Assembly (NCBI GenBank): GCA_051362555.1
Contig: CM120649.1
Location: 4,836,001-4,900,000, forward strand
Source of the DNA: Lingula anatina
Taxonomy: Eukaryota > Animalia > Brachiopoda
Direction: 5' to 3'
DNA length: 64,000 nucleotides
Shown piece by piece: positions 24,065-38,656 of the stretch. The notes under the pieces are model-generated. The model had not been told where the DNA came from. It worked only from the letters and a program-made list of their open reading frames with translations, and made no database searches. The translations under genes and the position numbers were made by a program. Numbering within the stretch: the stretch's first letter is position 1; every line of letters starts with the position of its first letter.

Positions 24065-24104
<40 letters not shown>

Positions 24105-24155
24105 GGCCCCTGGCGCAAGGATGACACGCACATTCGTGAAGCGTTCCATATTTTT
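24048..24155 (+). ncRNA. RNU6: U6 spliceosomal snRNA (variant)
   Basis: ACATATACTAAAATTGGAACGATACAGAGAAGATTAGCATGGCCCCTG(G)CGCAAGGATGACACGCACATTCGTGAAGCGTTCCATATTTTT: ACAGAGA box, AGC triad, 5' stem-loop and T-run terminator are present. Confidence 0.97.
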
Positions 24156-25661
24156 ATTTTCGAAAATAATCATATTATAATATGGGTGTCCAAATACCAA
24201 CTTTACCCCTGCAGTGATCTTTGAAAGGGCCTACAAAATGTATTTAAATTTCTTTTTTCTAAAAGAACGTCTGTAAGTTTACAAAATATGAATTGTTATA
24301 AGAAGTTAAATATATCTTGATATTTCATCAACCTTTTCTCACTATTTTTTTTTTTTTTAATTTTAAGGGGGGGATCGGCACGTTACAAAGGTCTCGATTT
24401 CAGAAAAAAAAAGATTTTCTATCGTCTCCTATTCTTTCTACTACGCTAGAAATAATTACTTACGGAGTGAACCCCTTTTATTGTTAAATATTCACAACCC
24501 GGCATAGGGTGTACATAGGGTAGCAATATACAGTATCTTCAATTTTGCCGTTTTGTAAAGTGGCGTTAGGAATGCATGATCGGTTTCTAACGTAACTTTT
24601 TCACTAGGTAGGCCTAAGTAAGATATTATCTGGAAAATTGGCATGGTTGACGACAAGAGTATGAAATACAATCAGGTTCAAGCATTTTATTCATTAAATT
24701 TTTTTTTTTTTTTTTGGAAGGGGGGGGGGGAGGAATATATGAGCCCCTTGGTACAGTGCCGCCAGAAATTCCCCTTACCAAAAGGCCACATGGTCTCCCA
24801 ACCCTGCCCCGTATGGTCGAACAATAGAGGCCGCATGATAATTACAGGGTAGGGGAATCGGCAAGTTATCGCTTTCGGACACCAAATTAGTCGGTTCAAC
24901 GAACACGCTCTGCTCCTTCTTAATTGACTCACTTAAGTTTAAGTAGGAGAAGGGGTATATGAGCCCCTTGTACTTGGTAGAGATAAACGCTCCACTTTGA
25001 ACTTGTTTTGTCCTAGAGATATGACATATCAATTCCAGATGAATTATTCAGTCCATAAGAACGTTCCCTTTTCTAAAGTTGGGAATTACATGTACAACAG
25101 TTAAAGGTCACTAGGGCATCGCAACAGAACAGCTACAAGTGACTAGGAGAATTGAATCGAATTGTTCAAGATGCTTGGTTGTCATATATTAAGAAGCAGT
25201 CAAATAAATTTTATTCAATTTATTTATTAATTTTGTTAAAACAAAAAAGTCCAATGAAATAGCATTTGGGGAAGTTTATATCCAGTGACTGTACAAATAC
25301 ATAGTAGTAGATGATGATCTTTTAGCATTAAATTTAGTGGGAAGTATCCCATCACAATATTAGCACAAAAATCTTCATGGTAATAAGGTGGTAGTAGTGT
25401 TTTTCATCTATTTTTTCCATCACTTTGCGTGTGGAGATATCTTACTTTTCAGAACTACACAAATACATAATACATTGTATAACATAATCATAGACAGAGA
25501 ATTCATTTTCACTGCATGCAGTGAAATTGTTCAAATAAAGAAGGCAGATGTTCAGTTTTGATCTGTACAGAAAGTCAAAACAAATTCATAGCACGCGGTA
25601 CTAAAATGAACGGAAAAATACTCCGCGCTTTCTCATCCTATGTGCAGATAAGGATAACAGA

Positions 25662-27015
25662 TTAGGGCAAGGCGGGTTGAGCCACTGGTACCACCACCCT
25701 CAGTTTGGCAGCATACGTGGCGGACCAGTACGCCTCATAGGTGTCGTATGTAAGGACACATTTCACACACTTATCGAAGTCAAAGGAGGTGATCCACGAC
25801 GCAATGGCGTTGATTACGGCCATGTTGGGGTTTGTGCCAATAGCAACGACACAAATAACCGTTCCTGGAAAGGGAAAAATGTGGTTTATACATGGATTAA
25901 GACCAAACAAAGGACAACATTGGTCTCTGTTGTCCCAACTTTCTTGCAGTTTCCCTGTTAAACGATATAATTCATTTAAATATGCAACAGACAATCAGTC
26001 CTCAAAGTAGTGGTAGAGCATACCTGTTCTCTTCATAGCCGTTGCTCTGGGCCTCGGGTCACCCCCCTCGTTATAGTAACCATCAGTGGTCATCCAGACT
26101 AAGCGGCGGCCATTGAGACCAAGCTGACGCTCACACAACGCCAAAGCCTTGTTCATATTTGTAAGATGACCTGCGAATATAGTGGAATGGCTGTGCTCAG
26201 TGGGATTAGCTCCAAATTTCTTCTAAATTTATATTTATAATATTACACATTTGACAAAAATGTCATTATATTGGAAACCTTGACTGTGACAAAGGCAATA
26301 ACAAGTCCACAGCGTAGTACATATGATGAGGTACATTGATTTGACAGTGTCGACCTTACCAACTTTCGGCACGGCAGCAATAGCGGCATCATTGGCTGGG
26401 TAGTACGGGTAGGTCCCCAGGGAGAAGATGACCGTTGTCGGTGTTGTGCTAGAGAACCGTACCAGACCAATCTTATGTCCACTAGGGACAATACTATTAG
26501 GATGAGGGATGTAATTGATGATGGCAAGGATATCCTGGCACAAATAATTAATTTGAACATATTTCAAATGTTTTATATCAGTTTCCATAATTTTTTTAAT
26601 TGAAATTATAGCTGTTGTTAAGTCTTAACACTGTCACTTCGATCTTTTTATCATTTGCAACATCATAAGTAATCAGATTGAATAAACATCTCCTGTATAA
26701 CACGTTTACTGTATATTAATTCGTTTTTGTTATAATTATACCTACTTTTAAAAGAAAATGATACGAAAGAAATTCACAGTGCCTAGTGTCACGTTAATGA
26801 CCCAAGCCAATGTATCTCACCCTGGCCGCTGATTTGGACTGTGTCCATTCAGTGCTGTCAATGCTGCCGCTGCTGTCCAAAGCATACATCACTTTCCAGT
26901 ACGGACGACTGCCCATCAGACTTTGAATGATCTGGTCTGGTGTGAGAGCCTCGGAGTTTTGCTCATTGAGGGCCATTCCAACAGCAACCAGCAGCACCAG
27001 CGCGGCTAACTTCAT
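25662..27015 (-). CDS. Secreted single von Willebrand factor A domain protein, copy A (239 aa)
   Basis: Exons 27015-26821, 26534-26360, 26170-26024, 25864-25662. Signal peptide MKLAALVLLVAVGMA; MIDAS LDSSGS; IGLVRFS; GHLTNMNKAL; VWMTTDG; ICVVAIG. Confidence 0.9.
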
Positions 27016-27106
27016 CTTCAGAGACGGTAAGAATTTGGTCCACGAGCTGACAGTCGGAGAGAAGCTTCCAATGGCGTTTAAATGAAAGAAGGACGTCCAA
27101 ACAGAT

Positions 27107-27166
27107 ATTTATACAAACCATGATGACTTACCATTTATTACATTTTATTTCCGTGTATGGACCAAT
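27107..27166 (-). promoter_or_regulatory. TATA box and CCAAT box of VWA copy A (module repeated upstream of every copy)
   Basis: TATAAAT (-) at 27113-27107, 31832-31826, 35781-35775 and 44354-44348, and mutated to CATAAAT at 40140-40134. CCAAT about 40-50 bp further upstream at 27162, 31884, 35822, 40189 and 44406. Confidence 0.7.
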
Positions 27167-27702
27167 CGTTTATTAGGCCCTGGATGTTGTTTTTAAAAAG
27201 TGGGATTCTTCTGTCAAAAAGACCGGCTTCCTGACCATTGTAATGCTGATGACGACATTTTTTTACCAGGCAAATATCAGGTGTTCCTATAAGGCATGGA
27301 TATTTTGGTAAAGAAAACTTTGCTCCTGTTACCACCTGTCACATAGATTAGTGGAAAGTCTTCCAATTTGAATTGTAATTAAATACTTCGCCTTAAAAAC
27401 AATATTTAAATAGACTATTTACTAGTGCTTGTTAGGCGAACCTGGTGCATCTTGTTTCCCCTTAAAAAAGCTTTAATCAATTTTAAGACGTTCGCACTGG
27501 TAACTGGAAAGACGCCCAGATAGATTCAGTGATTGCCTTTGTGCCATACTGTACCGTTGTGATATGGATAGAATATTAAACCAACGAATTATTCTGTTTT
27601 CAAGTTTTGGGGAGTTTTTAATTCCGAACATAATAAAATAAACAAACAACATATGCTTTACACCTTTTATGATGGTGACAAATTGTGATTGACCACCGAT
27701 AG

Positions 27703-27741
<39 letters not shown>

Positions 27742-29188
27742 CTACATCACCAAGTTCTGTGTTGTTGTTACTGAGAAATCTTCACAACAGGTTCTTCAAT
27801 CATGTCTATAAATTTCTCACTTTTCCTACTATGCAAACAAAACACTCAGGTAAGCACTCGATTACGTAACAGTGTCATGAATTAAACAAACATGTGGCTG
27901 AAAATAGATAGTGTAAATAGAATTTGGGCCCATGAAACGTGATTGATGGGATTTTGCCAGAATTCATAAATACCATTCATTGTGATATATTAATGTATAA
28001 TGAACCACACTGTCATTTTCTTAAACAGTAAACAGCAACCAACATCCCTTTTCTCTTTTTACTAAAAAGCGCTGGGCGTGCATATAATAACATTCAACGC
28101 TGTGATATTTATATACCATGTAATTCTCTATCCCATCACAGTAAGCCTACTTCCAAAGCTCATAGTATAATATTCAAACTTTGTCTTAAAGTCTTTGACA
28201 AAGGATGAACGCTTGTACTGTGTACATATGGAAGGATTCATAGCAAATTCAGCTGAGAATATCCACTTTCAGCAATGAAACATGTAATAGGTCCCCAAGA
28301 TCTATTTTTAAATAATTTTACATTATACGTGTAGTGAACAAGGATATATTGAATATCGCAACGTCCATTGTGTCACATACTGAAAGGGGTATATGATGGA
28401 AATGGACATGTACATCCATGTTCTGGCGACTGTTGTGTTTGTCTTCTCATCAGCTCTGCCTTTACATAAAACCGTGGAACGTGCTTCACCTCACAGTATA
28501 CACTACACGTACCCCAGAGACCTTGAATTGTCAGTGATATGATAATTGTGCTTGGCACCTGGGGAAACTATTATAATCACAAAAATTATATCACTTCATT
28601 AGAAAGAAGTGACTGAAGTGGTAACAATATACTGCACCATGACAACACACCTGCTCACAGTCCCCATCTGGTGAGCGTCTTGTTGCTGAAACGCTATGTT
28701 TTGTGGATGGAACAACCACCGTTGGGCCCCGATACTAACCTTTCTGGACATCTGTGGGATGATTGTAAATTGGTGTGAAATGGTAATCGGTTTCCAACGC
28801 AACCCTGAAACTAAATAAGCAAGATATTATCATGAAAATTGGACAATTGGTTGACGACAAGGGTGTGAACTACAATCAGGTTGCAGCTTTTAGTTTTGCA
28901 TTTCATTATTCATTTATATGTGAGCCTTAAATAAAAAAGTTCCAATGGACTTGACAGAGAAACGCACATTCCTGTTTGAACTTTTTTTTAGCACTAGGGA
29001 TATACCATATCTATTTTAGGCGTAATGCCTAGTCCGTTAGGATGTTCCCTTTTTAAAAGTTGAGAACTGCAGCAGTTAAAGGTCACTAGGGCATCGCAAT
29101 AGAACAGCTACAAGTGACTAGGACAAGTGACTTGACTAGGAAAACTGAATTGTTCTAGATACATGTACTTAGTTTCCATATATTGAGA

Positions 29189-29915
29189 CTTTAAACTTCC
29201 TCCTAAATACCCCCGTACATCAGTTAACTATTTTCTGACGTCTTCATGGGATCAACTCTCCTCCTCCACTAAATCTTTACCTTCAATCTCATCTTTCAAG
29301 AACTCGATAAAAAAACACCTCACTGCTGGGTCGCTTTCAACAACAACACTAAACTTGAACAGAAATCATGAAAAAATTCTTAACAGAGCGAGGGTCGGGT
29401 GTTTATTTAGAGCAGAATTGTTTAGGCATAACTGGACTACTATTGACACACCACACTGCACCTGTGGTGCCCTTGAAACCCCTCTTCACTTTTTCTTCAG
29501 ATGCCCTTTACTCAATTTAAAGTACCCTCCCCTTTACCAAAAAATAAACGAAACTCTACATGCAAGCAAGACCTCTTTCAAAACACAAAAAGAAAAGCTG
29601 TCGTTATTTCTCTACGGTCATAAATCCTTATCACCCACCCAAAATGAAATTATCTTCGAAATGTTGCAAATTTTCTTCTCGTAAACTTTGTTATCACTTA
29701 ATAGGTACTATCTCTTTTCCTCTTCTTTCTTTCTGTACTTAACTTGTGCTCCTGATATATATGAAGTTTTACATTTACTCTGTTGTATATATGTATATAC
29801 CTATCCATTTGTTTTATTTATTTACTTATTTAATTTAATTTTGTGGAGAGCATATAATGCTTCCAGCGCCTTGCCTCCACTTCATTCTTTTGAATAAACG
29901 TTGTTTAAAAAAAAA
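29189..29915 (+). mobile_element. 5'-truncated LINE (CR1-group-like) 3' end
   Basis: Open frame ending in CTCGALETPLHFFFRC (C-terminal CCHC-type motif), then a 3'UTR with AATAAA and a poly(A) tail. TSD ATTGAGA at 29182-29188 / 29916-29922. Empty site in the paralogous spacer at ~25186-25200. Confidence 0.85.
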
Positions 29916-30133
29916 ATTGAGAAGCAGCCAAATAAATAAAAAAGAAGTTACAATCAAATATCATTTGGAGTAGTTTATTTCCACTTATTGTACAAAATAT
30001 AATAGAAGATAATTATCTTATCTATAGAAAGATCACATCACATTGTGGCACAAGAATTCTTCATGAAAATAAGGTGTTTGTATGTTTGTTTTTCATTTTC
30101 TTTTTTCATCAGTTTGCGTGTTGATATATCTTA

Positions 30134-30209
30134 CAGGGTGGTTCATATAGAACGACGTATTTCGAATTGAGATGGAAATTAAAATAGGCCGTTTTTATGG
30201 ACCACGCTG
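30134..30209. mobile_element. 76-bp Tc1/mariner-like MITE
   Basis: TA|cagggtggttcata ... tatggaccacgctg|TA. Paralogous 3' regions show the empty site atatcttacttttcag (e.g. ~25437-25452, ~33664-33679). Confidence 0.8.
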
Positions 30210-30439
30210 TACTTTTGAGGACTATATATACAAACATATATTACATTGCGCAAATAAGCATTGTCAAAGAATCCATTTTCACTGCATGTAGTAAAATGTT
30301 CTAATAAAGGTGGCGGACGTCCAGTGCAGAAATGCATCAGTAAGTCAAAACAAATTCTTAGTACAGAGGTATGCAATACTAATATGTATGGAGATAAACT
30401 TCGCACATTCGCATCCTATCTGCAGATTAAGGTAACAGG

Positions 30440-31741
30440 CTAGCCCAAAGAGGGGTGTTCCGGTCGAGCAGCGTATGTGGCAGACCTGTAGTCGGCATAG
30501 GTGCTGTATCTAAGCACACATTGCACAGAGATAGCGTTGACAGAGGAGTTTATGACTGTAATCCACGAGGCGATGTCATTAATCACATCCATGTCGGCAT
30601 TGTCTCCAATAGCAATGACACAGATGGTAATTCCTGAAATGATGAGAGAGAAGTATACATTATATGCAATAAAAAATTACATAAAGAGCAAAATTAGTCT
30701 CTGTTGTCGCAACTTACTCGCAGATTTGCTGTTAAACGATATCATTTAGTTCATGTAATAGACAGCCTGTCCTTGAAGTAGCGTTAGTACTTACCTTTCT
30801 TCTTCATAGCCGTTGCCATAGGTCTCGGGTCACTATAGCCTTTACTATAGTGTCCATCAGTGGTCATCCAGACTAGGCGCTTGTCATTATCACCAAGCTC
30901 TTCATCACACAACTTCAGAGCCTTGAATATATTCGTACGAAAACCTGCGAATATAATGGAACGGTTGTACTCACAGAGCAGTAGAAGGCTTACTTTACAT
31001 TTCTTCTAAAGTTACATTAACAATAATATATCTTTAACATAAATACTATGATGATCAAAACCTTGGCTGTGGCCAAGGCAATAACAAGTCCATAGTATAG
31101 TACAGTGATATGACAAACGACCGTACCTTCTTTCGATACATTTGCAATAGCGGCATCATTGGCAGGGTAGTACGGGTAAGTACCCAGGGAGAAGATGACC
31201 TTGGTCCAATCCGTGCACGAGAAGCGCACCAGACCAATCTTATGTCCTTTGGGGTTAATACTCATTGGATATGGTATGACGTTGATAATGGCAAGGATAT
31301 CCTGAAACAAGATTCATTTGGAAAATAATGAGTTGTTGTCTGGTCTTAACACTTTGATTTTTAATAATTTTGAAGACAAATTTCAGTAATCAGATTGGAT
31401 AATCACTTTCCGTTTAGCATGTCTGTTGTATCTCAGTTCGGTTTGGCTATTTGGAATTAAACCTTGACGTTAAAAGAGGATAATTGGACAGAAAGTGCAC
31501 AGTGGCGAGTGCCACGTTAATGACCAAAGCCAGTGTATCTCACCCGGGCAGCTAATTTGGACAGTGTCCATTCGGAGCTGTCAATGCTGCCGCTGCTGTC
31601 CAAAGCGAACATCACTTTCCAATAGAGAGGGGGACTGTACATTAGAGAATTTATTACAAGGTCTGGTGTGAGTTCCCCATAGGGCAGACCAGCAAAGGTC
31701 ATTCCAACAGCAACCAGCAACACCAACGCGACTAACTTCAT
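30440..31741 (-). CDS. Secreted single-VWA protein, copy B (acidic paralog)
   Basis: Exons 31741-31544, 31301-31127, 30944-30795, 30633-30440. LDSSGS; GFRTNIFKALKLCDEELGDND; VWMTTDGHYSKG; ends ...AARPEHPSLG*. Confidence 0.88.
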
Positions 31742-33926
31742 CTTTAATGGAGGCAGGAACTTGGTCCACGAACAGCAGAGCTGCTACTTCGGTTGTTAAA
31801 ATGAGAAATGGTCGTCCAAGTAGATATTTATACAAAACACTATCATGACTGTCCATTTATAACATTTTACCTCACTCTATGAACCAATCGTTTATTAGGC
31901 CCTGGATGTTGTTTTTACAAACGAGTATCTCCTGTCGAAAAGACCTGAATCAAGACCATTGTAATGCTGATAACGATATTTTATTGGTTCACACCAGGTG
32001 TTCCTTTAAAAACGTGGATATTTTGCTAAAGGGAAACATTGCTCATGTTAACACCTGTCACGTAGATTATGCGAAGGTCTGCCACGTTGAATTGTAATTT
32101 AATGCTTCACGTTACAAAACAATATATAAATAGACTTTTAACTGGTGCTTGTAAGGCGAACAGGTGCATCCCGATTCCTTACAAAAGCATTTTAATTATT
32201 AAAATCAATTTCAAGACGTTCGTACTGTTAACTGGAAATTAGCCTAGGTAGATGCAGTGATTGCCTTTGTACAATATTGTACCAGTGCATTTTACGTAAC
32301 AGTGTCTTGAATTAAAATAAGTATGTTTCAGAAAATAGTATAAATAGAATTTGGGCCCATGAAACGTGCTTGATGAGTCTTTGCTAGAATTCATAAATAC
32401 CATTATTAATGTATAATGAACCACTCTGTCATCCTTTTTTTTTTACAAGAAAGCCCTGGATGCTCATATGATAACTTTCAACGCTGTGATTATTATATAG
32501 TATGTAATGCTTCACCCCGCAACAGTAAGCGTTACTTTTGTCGTTTAAAGCACAGTGTAGTATGGAAGGATTTATAGCAAATTCAGCTGAGAAAAGCCAC
32601 TTTCAGTTGACAACATGTAATAGGTCCCCAAGATCTATTTTAAAAACGATGTTACAATGTATATGTAGTGTAAATTGAATATCGGAACATCCACTCTGTC
32701 TGAGTGTGACTATTCATGAAACCGTAGAACATGATTCACCTCGCAGTATATACGGTGTACGTATATACTTCAGAGACCTCGGTGACAGGAAAGTACTTGG
32801 TACCTGTATCGAGCATTATAATCACAATTATTACATCACTCATTTGGAAGCAGTGACTTACGGTGTAACAAAAGGCTTCACCATGACAACACACTTGCTG
32901 ACAGTTCTTGTCTGGTTTAGCGGTTTGTAGCAGAAAAGCAATGCTTTGAGGATTGATAACCCCTCTTCGGGCCCTAATACAAACCCTTTGGAGCACTGTG
33001 GTATGATTATATAAGATAGCGTATATATAGTATCCGAAAAAAATTACTATTTTAGACGATTTAAAACTCTAAGGTGATCATTTGTAAATAAAAACATGGA
33101 ATTAGAGGTGGGGCATTTATGAAGAGTATGTGCATATATTTTGTTGTATTTTGCCGCACATCATAGTTGACTAGGACAATTTTACGAGAATATGCATACA
33201 GAGCTCATCAGGGATGGAAAATTTACTGGTTCTGCCTCGATTTATTTGTATAAATTTAATTATAAGTTTATTTTTCTGAGGCAGAGAAGGGGTAAAAGGG
33301 GGGGGGGAGCCACGTGGTCCAATGTGACTCCCCTTGGATTTTTTCAAGATAGTTGCACATACATGTACACCTAAACGCACTTAACATCAATGAACAGAAA
33401 GAGGCAGTAAAATAGCATTTGAAATTGTTTATTTCCGCTGAATGCACAGAACAGTAGTAGTAGTTTACAATCCAGAGGTACCAAATTGCCGTGCAGCGAT
33501 TAATAGCTATTGGTGCAAATTTTCTTTACGAAAATAAGACTTTTGCAATGTCAAGAACTATTTTTCTGAATTTTGATACATTTCAATAACTATAATCAAA
33601 TACAAACATCATATCAAAACAACTGAGTTCTTATGTTCTTTTTACACCAGTTTGCATGTTGGAATATCTTACTTTTCAGAAATATCCAAATGTGCCTTGA
33701 ACATGTTAACACATAGTTTTTGTACGAGAAAGCATTTTCATTTGCATGAAATCAAGACGTTCCAATAATTATCTGGTTTTGTGTCACAACAGAATCAGTC
33801 AAAATAAGTAAAACAATCAAAATGTATTATCAGCATGTGATACCAAGTTACCAAGAGTGATCGGAAATAAACTAGACTCCAATCTGCAGATTAAGGCAAC
33901 AGTCTATAGACCAAGGACTGCTGTTC

Positions 33927-35683
33927 CTATGCCAACACCCGCAGCCGGGCATAGTGCGTGGCCAACCTGTAGGCGGCGTAGGTACGATATCTTAGTACAC
34001 ATTTCACACGGATAAAGCCGAATCTAATCCACGAGGCCATGGCGTTTATCACTGTCATGTTGGGATTGGGTCCAATAGCAATGACACAAATGACAATTCC
34101 TGAAATGGGTACAGAGAAGTTCGTATAATATGCAGTAAAAAGAATGTTCAAAATAGATAATACACAAAATTAGTTTCAATTGTCCAAACTGAATCCAAGC
34201 TTTATCTTTAAAAAAATATATTATTCGTTTTATGTCATAGACAACCTGGCTTTTGAAGTACTGTAAGACGCACCTTTCCTCTTCATAGCCGTTGCCCTGG
34301 GTCTCGGGTCACCCCCGACAGTATAGTGTCCATCCGTGGTCATCCAGACTATGCGTTTGCCATACCAACCAAGCTGACCATCACACAACACCAGAGCCTT
34401 ATATATATTGGTAAGATAACCTGTGAATAAAGTGGAATTTAAAGTGCACAATTCTTCTAAACATATGTCAACTACACGTTTTAAATGATATTTATAATAT
34501 TTTGTCTTTGACAAATACACATGTATGTTATTCAGTCTGTGCCATAAACTTTTCAGCTTAATGGCCATTCGGACCACCACTTTCCTAAAATCTTCCGGTC
34601 TGATTCGGGATTTGTCGGTCCGAATAAAGAATTTCAATCAAACGACTTTTTTCTATTCAGAACCTCCATGTGGCATCTACATTTCAGCAAAGTATTAAGT
34701 CAAACCAAATGCTCTTTTAAAAACTTATAGATAAAAAACACTAATGATAATGTCGAACCACAAAATTCACACTTTCTGAAAAGTCTACTGGTTCATGCCA
34801 GACAAATTAGAATTTTACTGGCCGGGGACGTAAAAAAAGTGGCTGACGGCACAGACTAATATATGATGTTAGTATTCTGTAACAATATGAAAGGGTGAAA
34901 TCTTGTTATAGACCCCGATTGTGACCAAAGCAATTACAAGTTCATGGTGTAGTGCATGTAATGAGAATTGCAAATGCGTCGATCTTACCAACTTTCGGCA
35001 CGGCGGCAATAGCGGCATCATTGGCAGGGAAGAACGGGTAAGTACCCATGGAAAAGATTACCTTGGTTGGTGTCGTGCTAGAGAATCGTACCAAACCAAT
35101 CCTATGTCTCCAGGGTGCAATACTATTCTTGTATGGGATTGAGTTGATGATGGCAAGGATGTCCTGATTCAAGATTTATTTGAAATTATATGTTTTTTTT
35201 TACAGTTTTCGAAAATGTTAAAAAATAGATATGGGAAAATATAATGAAAAGTAGTCAGTGTTAAAACACTGGAAGGCATGCCTTGATCTTTTTATCATTT
35301 TACAGTCAAACTTTATCATACGAACTAATGTCTAAACAGACCAAATAAACATTACGATTAAAATTTATAATGTTGCTAAATTTGTTCTTGTTATTTGATA
35401 TAAAAGTTTGACGTTGAAATAAAACAGTTGTATAAAATGCATAGTGCCGAGTGCCACGTTTATGATCAATGCCAGTGTATCTCACCCGGGCCGCCCATTT
35501 AGACAGTGTCCATTCAGTGGTGCTAATGCTGATACTGCTGTCCAAAGCAAAGCACACTTTCCAGTAGGGGGGAGCACCGCCCATCAGAGTTTTGATGATC
35601 TGGTCTGGCCTGAGAGCCTCGGAGCCCAGACCACTGAAGGCAATTCCAACAGCAACCAACAACACCAGCGCAGCTAACTTCAT
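33927..35683 (-). CDS. Secreted single-VWA protein, copy C (230 aa, basic paralog)
   Basis: Exons 35683-35486, 35163-34989, 34420-34274, 34099-33927. LDSSIS; GYLTNIYKAL; VWMTTDGHYTVG; ends ...YRLATHYARLRVLA*. Confidence 0.9.
34533..34858. mobile_element. Small TIR element in intron 2 of VWA copy C
   Basis: agtctgtgcc ... ggcacagact termini; absent from intron 2 of copies A and B. TSD not evident. Confidence 0.45.
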
Positions 35684-38656
35684 CTTCAGTGACAGCAGGA
35701 ACTTGGTCCACGTGCAGATGATAGAAGAGGAGCAACCTCGGTTCTTTCACAGTACGACAGATGTACAAACTGATATTTATACAAAACACTAACATTAGTT
35801 AAATTTATTTCCCTGTATGGGCCAATCGTGTTTTCAGAATCTGGGTGTTATTTTTACCCGTATTTGTTTTTGGCAAAACATTTAATCCTCGAGACTACTG
35901 TAACTTTGATAACGACATTTTAGCAGATTACACCAGACAATTAACAGGTATTCCCTTAATGGCCTTCAATGGTGAATATTTTGCCGAAGTAAACATTTGT
36001 CACATAGATTAGTAGAAAGTCTGCCGATTTAAATCGTAATTGAACAATATTAAAATAGACTATTTCCTGGTGTTTGAATCGCGAACCTGGTGTAATATCC
36101 ACTTATTCCATTTTTCAGAAAAACATTTTCAGTTTTAAGACCTTCGTCCCTTGATAGTAACACAGATAGGTGCAATGATGGTCTTTGTACCAGAGCTATG
36201 AAAGAACATTAAAACAATGAAGTTTCTAAAATAAGTATCAAGGCGTCTTAAATGACGCATATTTGAATTTTTGAAGTTTTTTCAACTACCATGTAATTTC
36301 ACTTGTACAGGTTACGTACTTAATGACTAATACTACTACATGTACTGCTGCTGCTACTACTACTACTACTTATAATAATACATGTACCTGTAATTGGCAT
36401 TTTATCAATATATAGCAATAATGACAATAAAGTCATCCAGTATTGTGGGTTGAGTCTGAGAAATTTTTACCTCTGGTTCTTCAGGCATCTGAATCCATCT
36501 TGTTCCTTTGTACGCGAAACACACAGGTAAGCACGCTGATGTAACAGCTAGTATACTGAATAAAACATAAATAAGTATCAGAAAATGGCTACTTTCACTA
36601 GAATTAAGGACCCATTATATTTGTTTGGTGTGTCTTACCTAGAATTCATAAATATTATTCATCATGATGTAAAAATATATAATGAGCCATGCTGTCGTTT
36701 TCTTAAACAGTAAACAACAACCGCCATCATTTTCTACCGCAAAAATTCCCTGGATATGCATAGTAGAACATTCAACGCTATTTTTTCTTCTTTTTTTTTT
36801 CATACTCTGTCCTCCAGAATTCGGAGTTCTTTATACTTTTTCATATACAAAGCATAGGGGGTACACGTCTATGGTACATATAGGATGCATAGTAAAATCA
36901 GTTGAGAATATCCACTTTCAGTTGTTGTACGTTTCCGATATCTGTTTCCCCAACAATGCATATATTGCATATACAGGTACATGTAGTGGAATCTGTTGCG
37001 TCAGAGACTGCATGAGGCATACTGAATGATGAGAATGGACAGTCATGTTATGGCCACGTTTGAGTGTACATGTAGGTTGTCATTTACTTCATTTAAGTTC
37101 TCCCTACATCAACCCGCTGAACGTGCTTCACCTTGCACTACAACCTAAGATGCTTTAAGTACTGGTGGCAGCTTCAACCCCACAGTGATGCAATCTTGAA
37201 ATAGAACGACATTAACATTGTTAAGTTAAATGGGTACGATTTCATTTAGAGTAAATTTACAGGATTTTAGCAAGTGCAACTGAATAAAAGCTAGACAGTC
37301 GTTAAGAGCGAGTAGAATTGTGTAAGGTGACATGTACCGTTAGCGCGTAAATTCCTCTTTGCATTGGGCCAGGGTTGAAAATATTACGCCACATATAAGA
37401 AGCCAATTGTTTTGACGATTTCACAATAAAAAAAATTAAAAAATATATCCAAGAGCACGACCTTCATTATAGCTGCAAGTTGGCCTTTGTTAAATTTCCA
37501 AACATGCCTATATTTTTTAATATTTTTTTTAAATATGCCTATACACTTTAAATATGTTAAGTTTTAGTGTTTAAAGAGATTGCCTAATAAGAAAATAAAG
37601 AACATTTGATTGACAAAGTAGAATGGGGGCATTTTAGATGCAAAATGTGATGAGATATAAAAGGATAATGATTAGTTATGAAGGCACATATCCACTGGTA
37701 GATATAGAGGGGGGCGTAAATAAACAAGGGAAACCCGCTGTAACGTCACTGTAACAGAAATATTCTGATCATTTTAAATTTACACACACACACACACACC
37801 TACACACACACACATACACACACACACACATAATTGCAAGTAAAATGTAGCAACAGAAATAATAAACTTTTTACAGACACGAAGAAGGACACTCTTCATT
37901 TGCACGAGAACAATATCGCAACTACATGAGACTATCAGGAAACACAAGTACAAAAAGTTGCTTAAAAGTTTAAACAAAAATAATATGAGAAAAGATAAAT
38001 TTAAAATGATATATAGAAAAAATAATAATGCTAATGATAATTTCTAGCGTGGCGCATTCCATAAAAAATCATTAGCATGGTTGACGACAAGGGTGTGAAT
38101 TATAATCAGGTCCCAGCATTTGGTTTTGCATTTTATTATTCATTCATTTATTATCATTATTTATTTATTTATTATTATTTTTTTTTTTTGGGGGGGGGGG
38201 GGCTAGATAGAAAAGTCCCAGGGGCCTTGGAAGAGATACGTACATTCCCGAACTTTTTTCGCCCTAGAGATGTAAAATAACACAAATTTAAAATGAAATT
38301 GCACTTTGAATAGTTTATTTCAAAATATAGGAGTAGATATAAGATAATCTAAATCCACAGAATGATCACATCAAATTATTGGAAAAAATATTTCATTGAA
38401 ATGTTTGTAATGTTTTTATTTTCTTTTTTCATCAATTTGCATGTTGCGACATCTCACTTTTAAGAACTACCCAAACACATGCTAGATTGTGTAACTTAAT
38501 CATTGCCAGAAAAGTCATTTTGACTGCATGAAAACGTTCAAATTAAGGCAGCAGACGTCCAGTTATGTATCAGTACAGAAATGCATCAATAAGTCAAATT
38601 CATAGTATGCGCTACTAAAATGTACGGATATATACTTCGCACTTTAAGATAACAGA

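Noticed and set aside
24048-24155. Idea that the Pol III RNA near the vault-like gene is a vault RNA
   Set aside because: The sequence is unambiguously U6; no A/B-box vault-RNA-like gene was recognised.
34230-34637. 135-aa ORF as a separate gene
   Set aside because: It is intron and TE sequence reading into exon 3 of VWA copy C.
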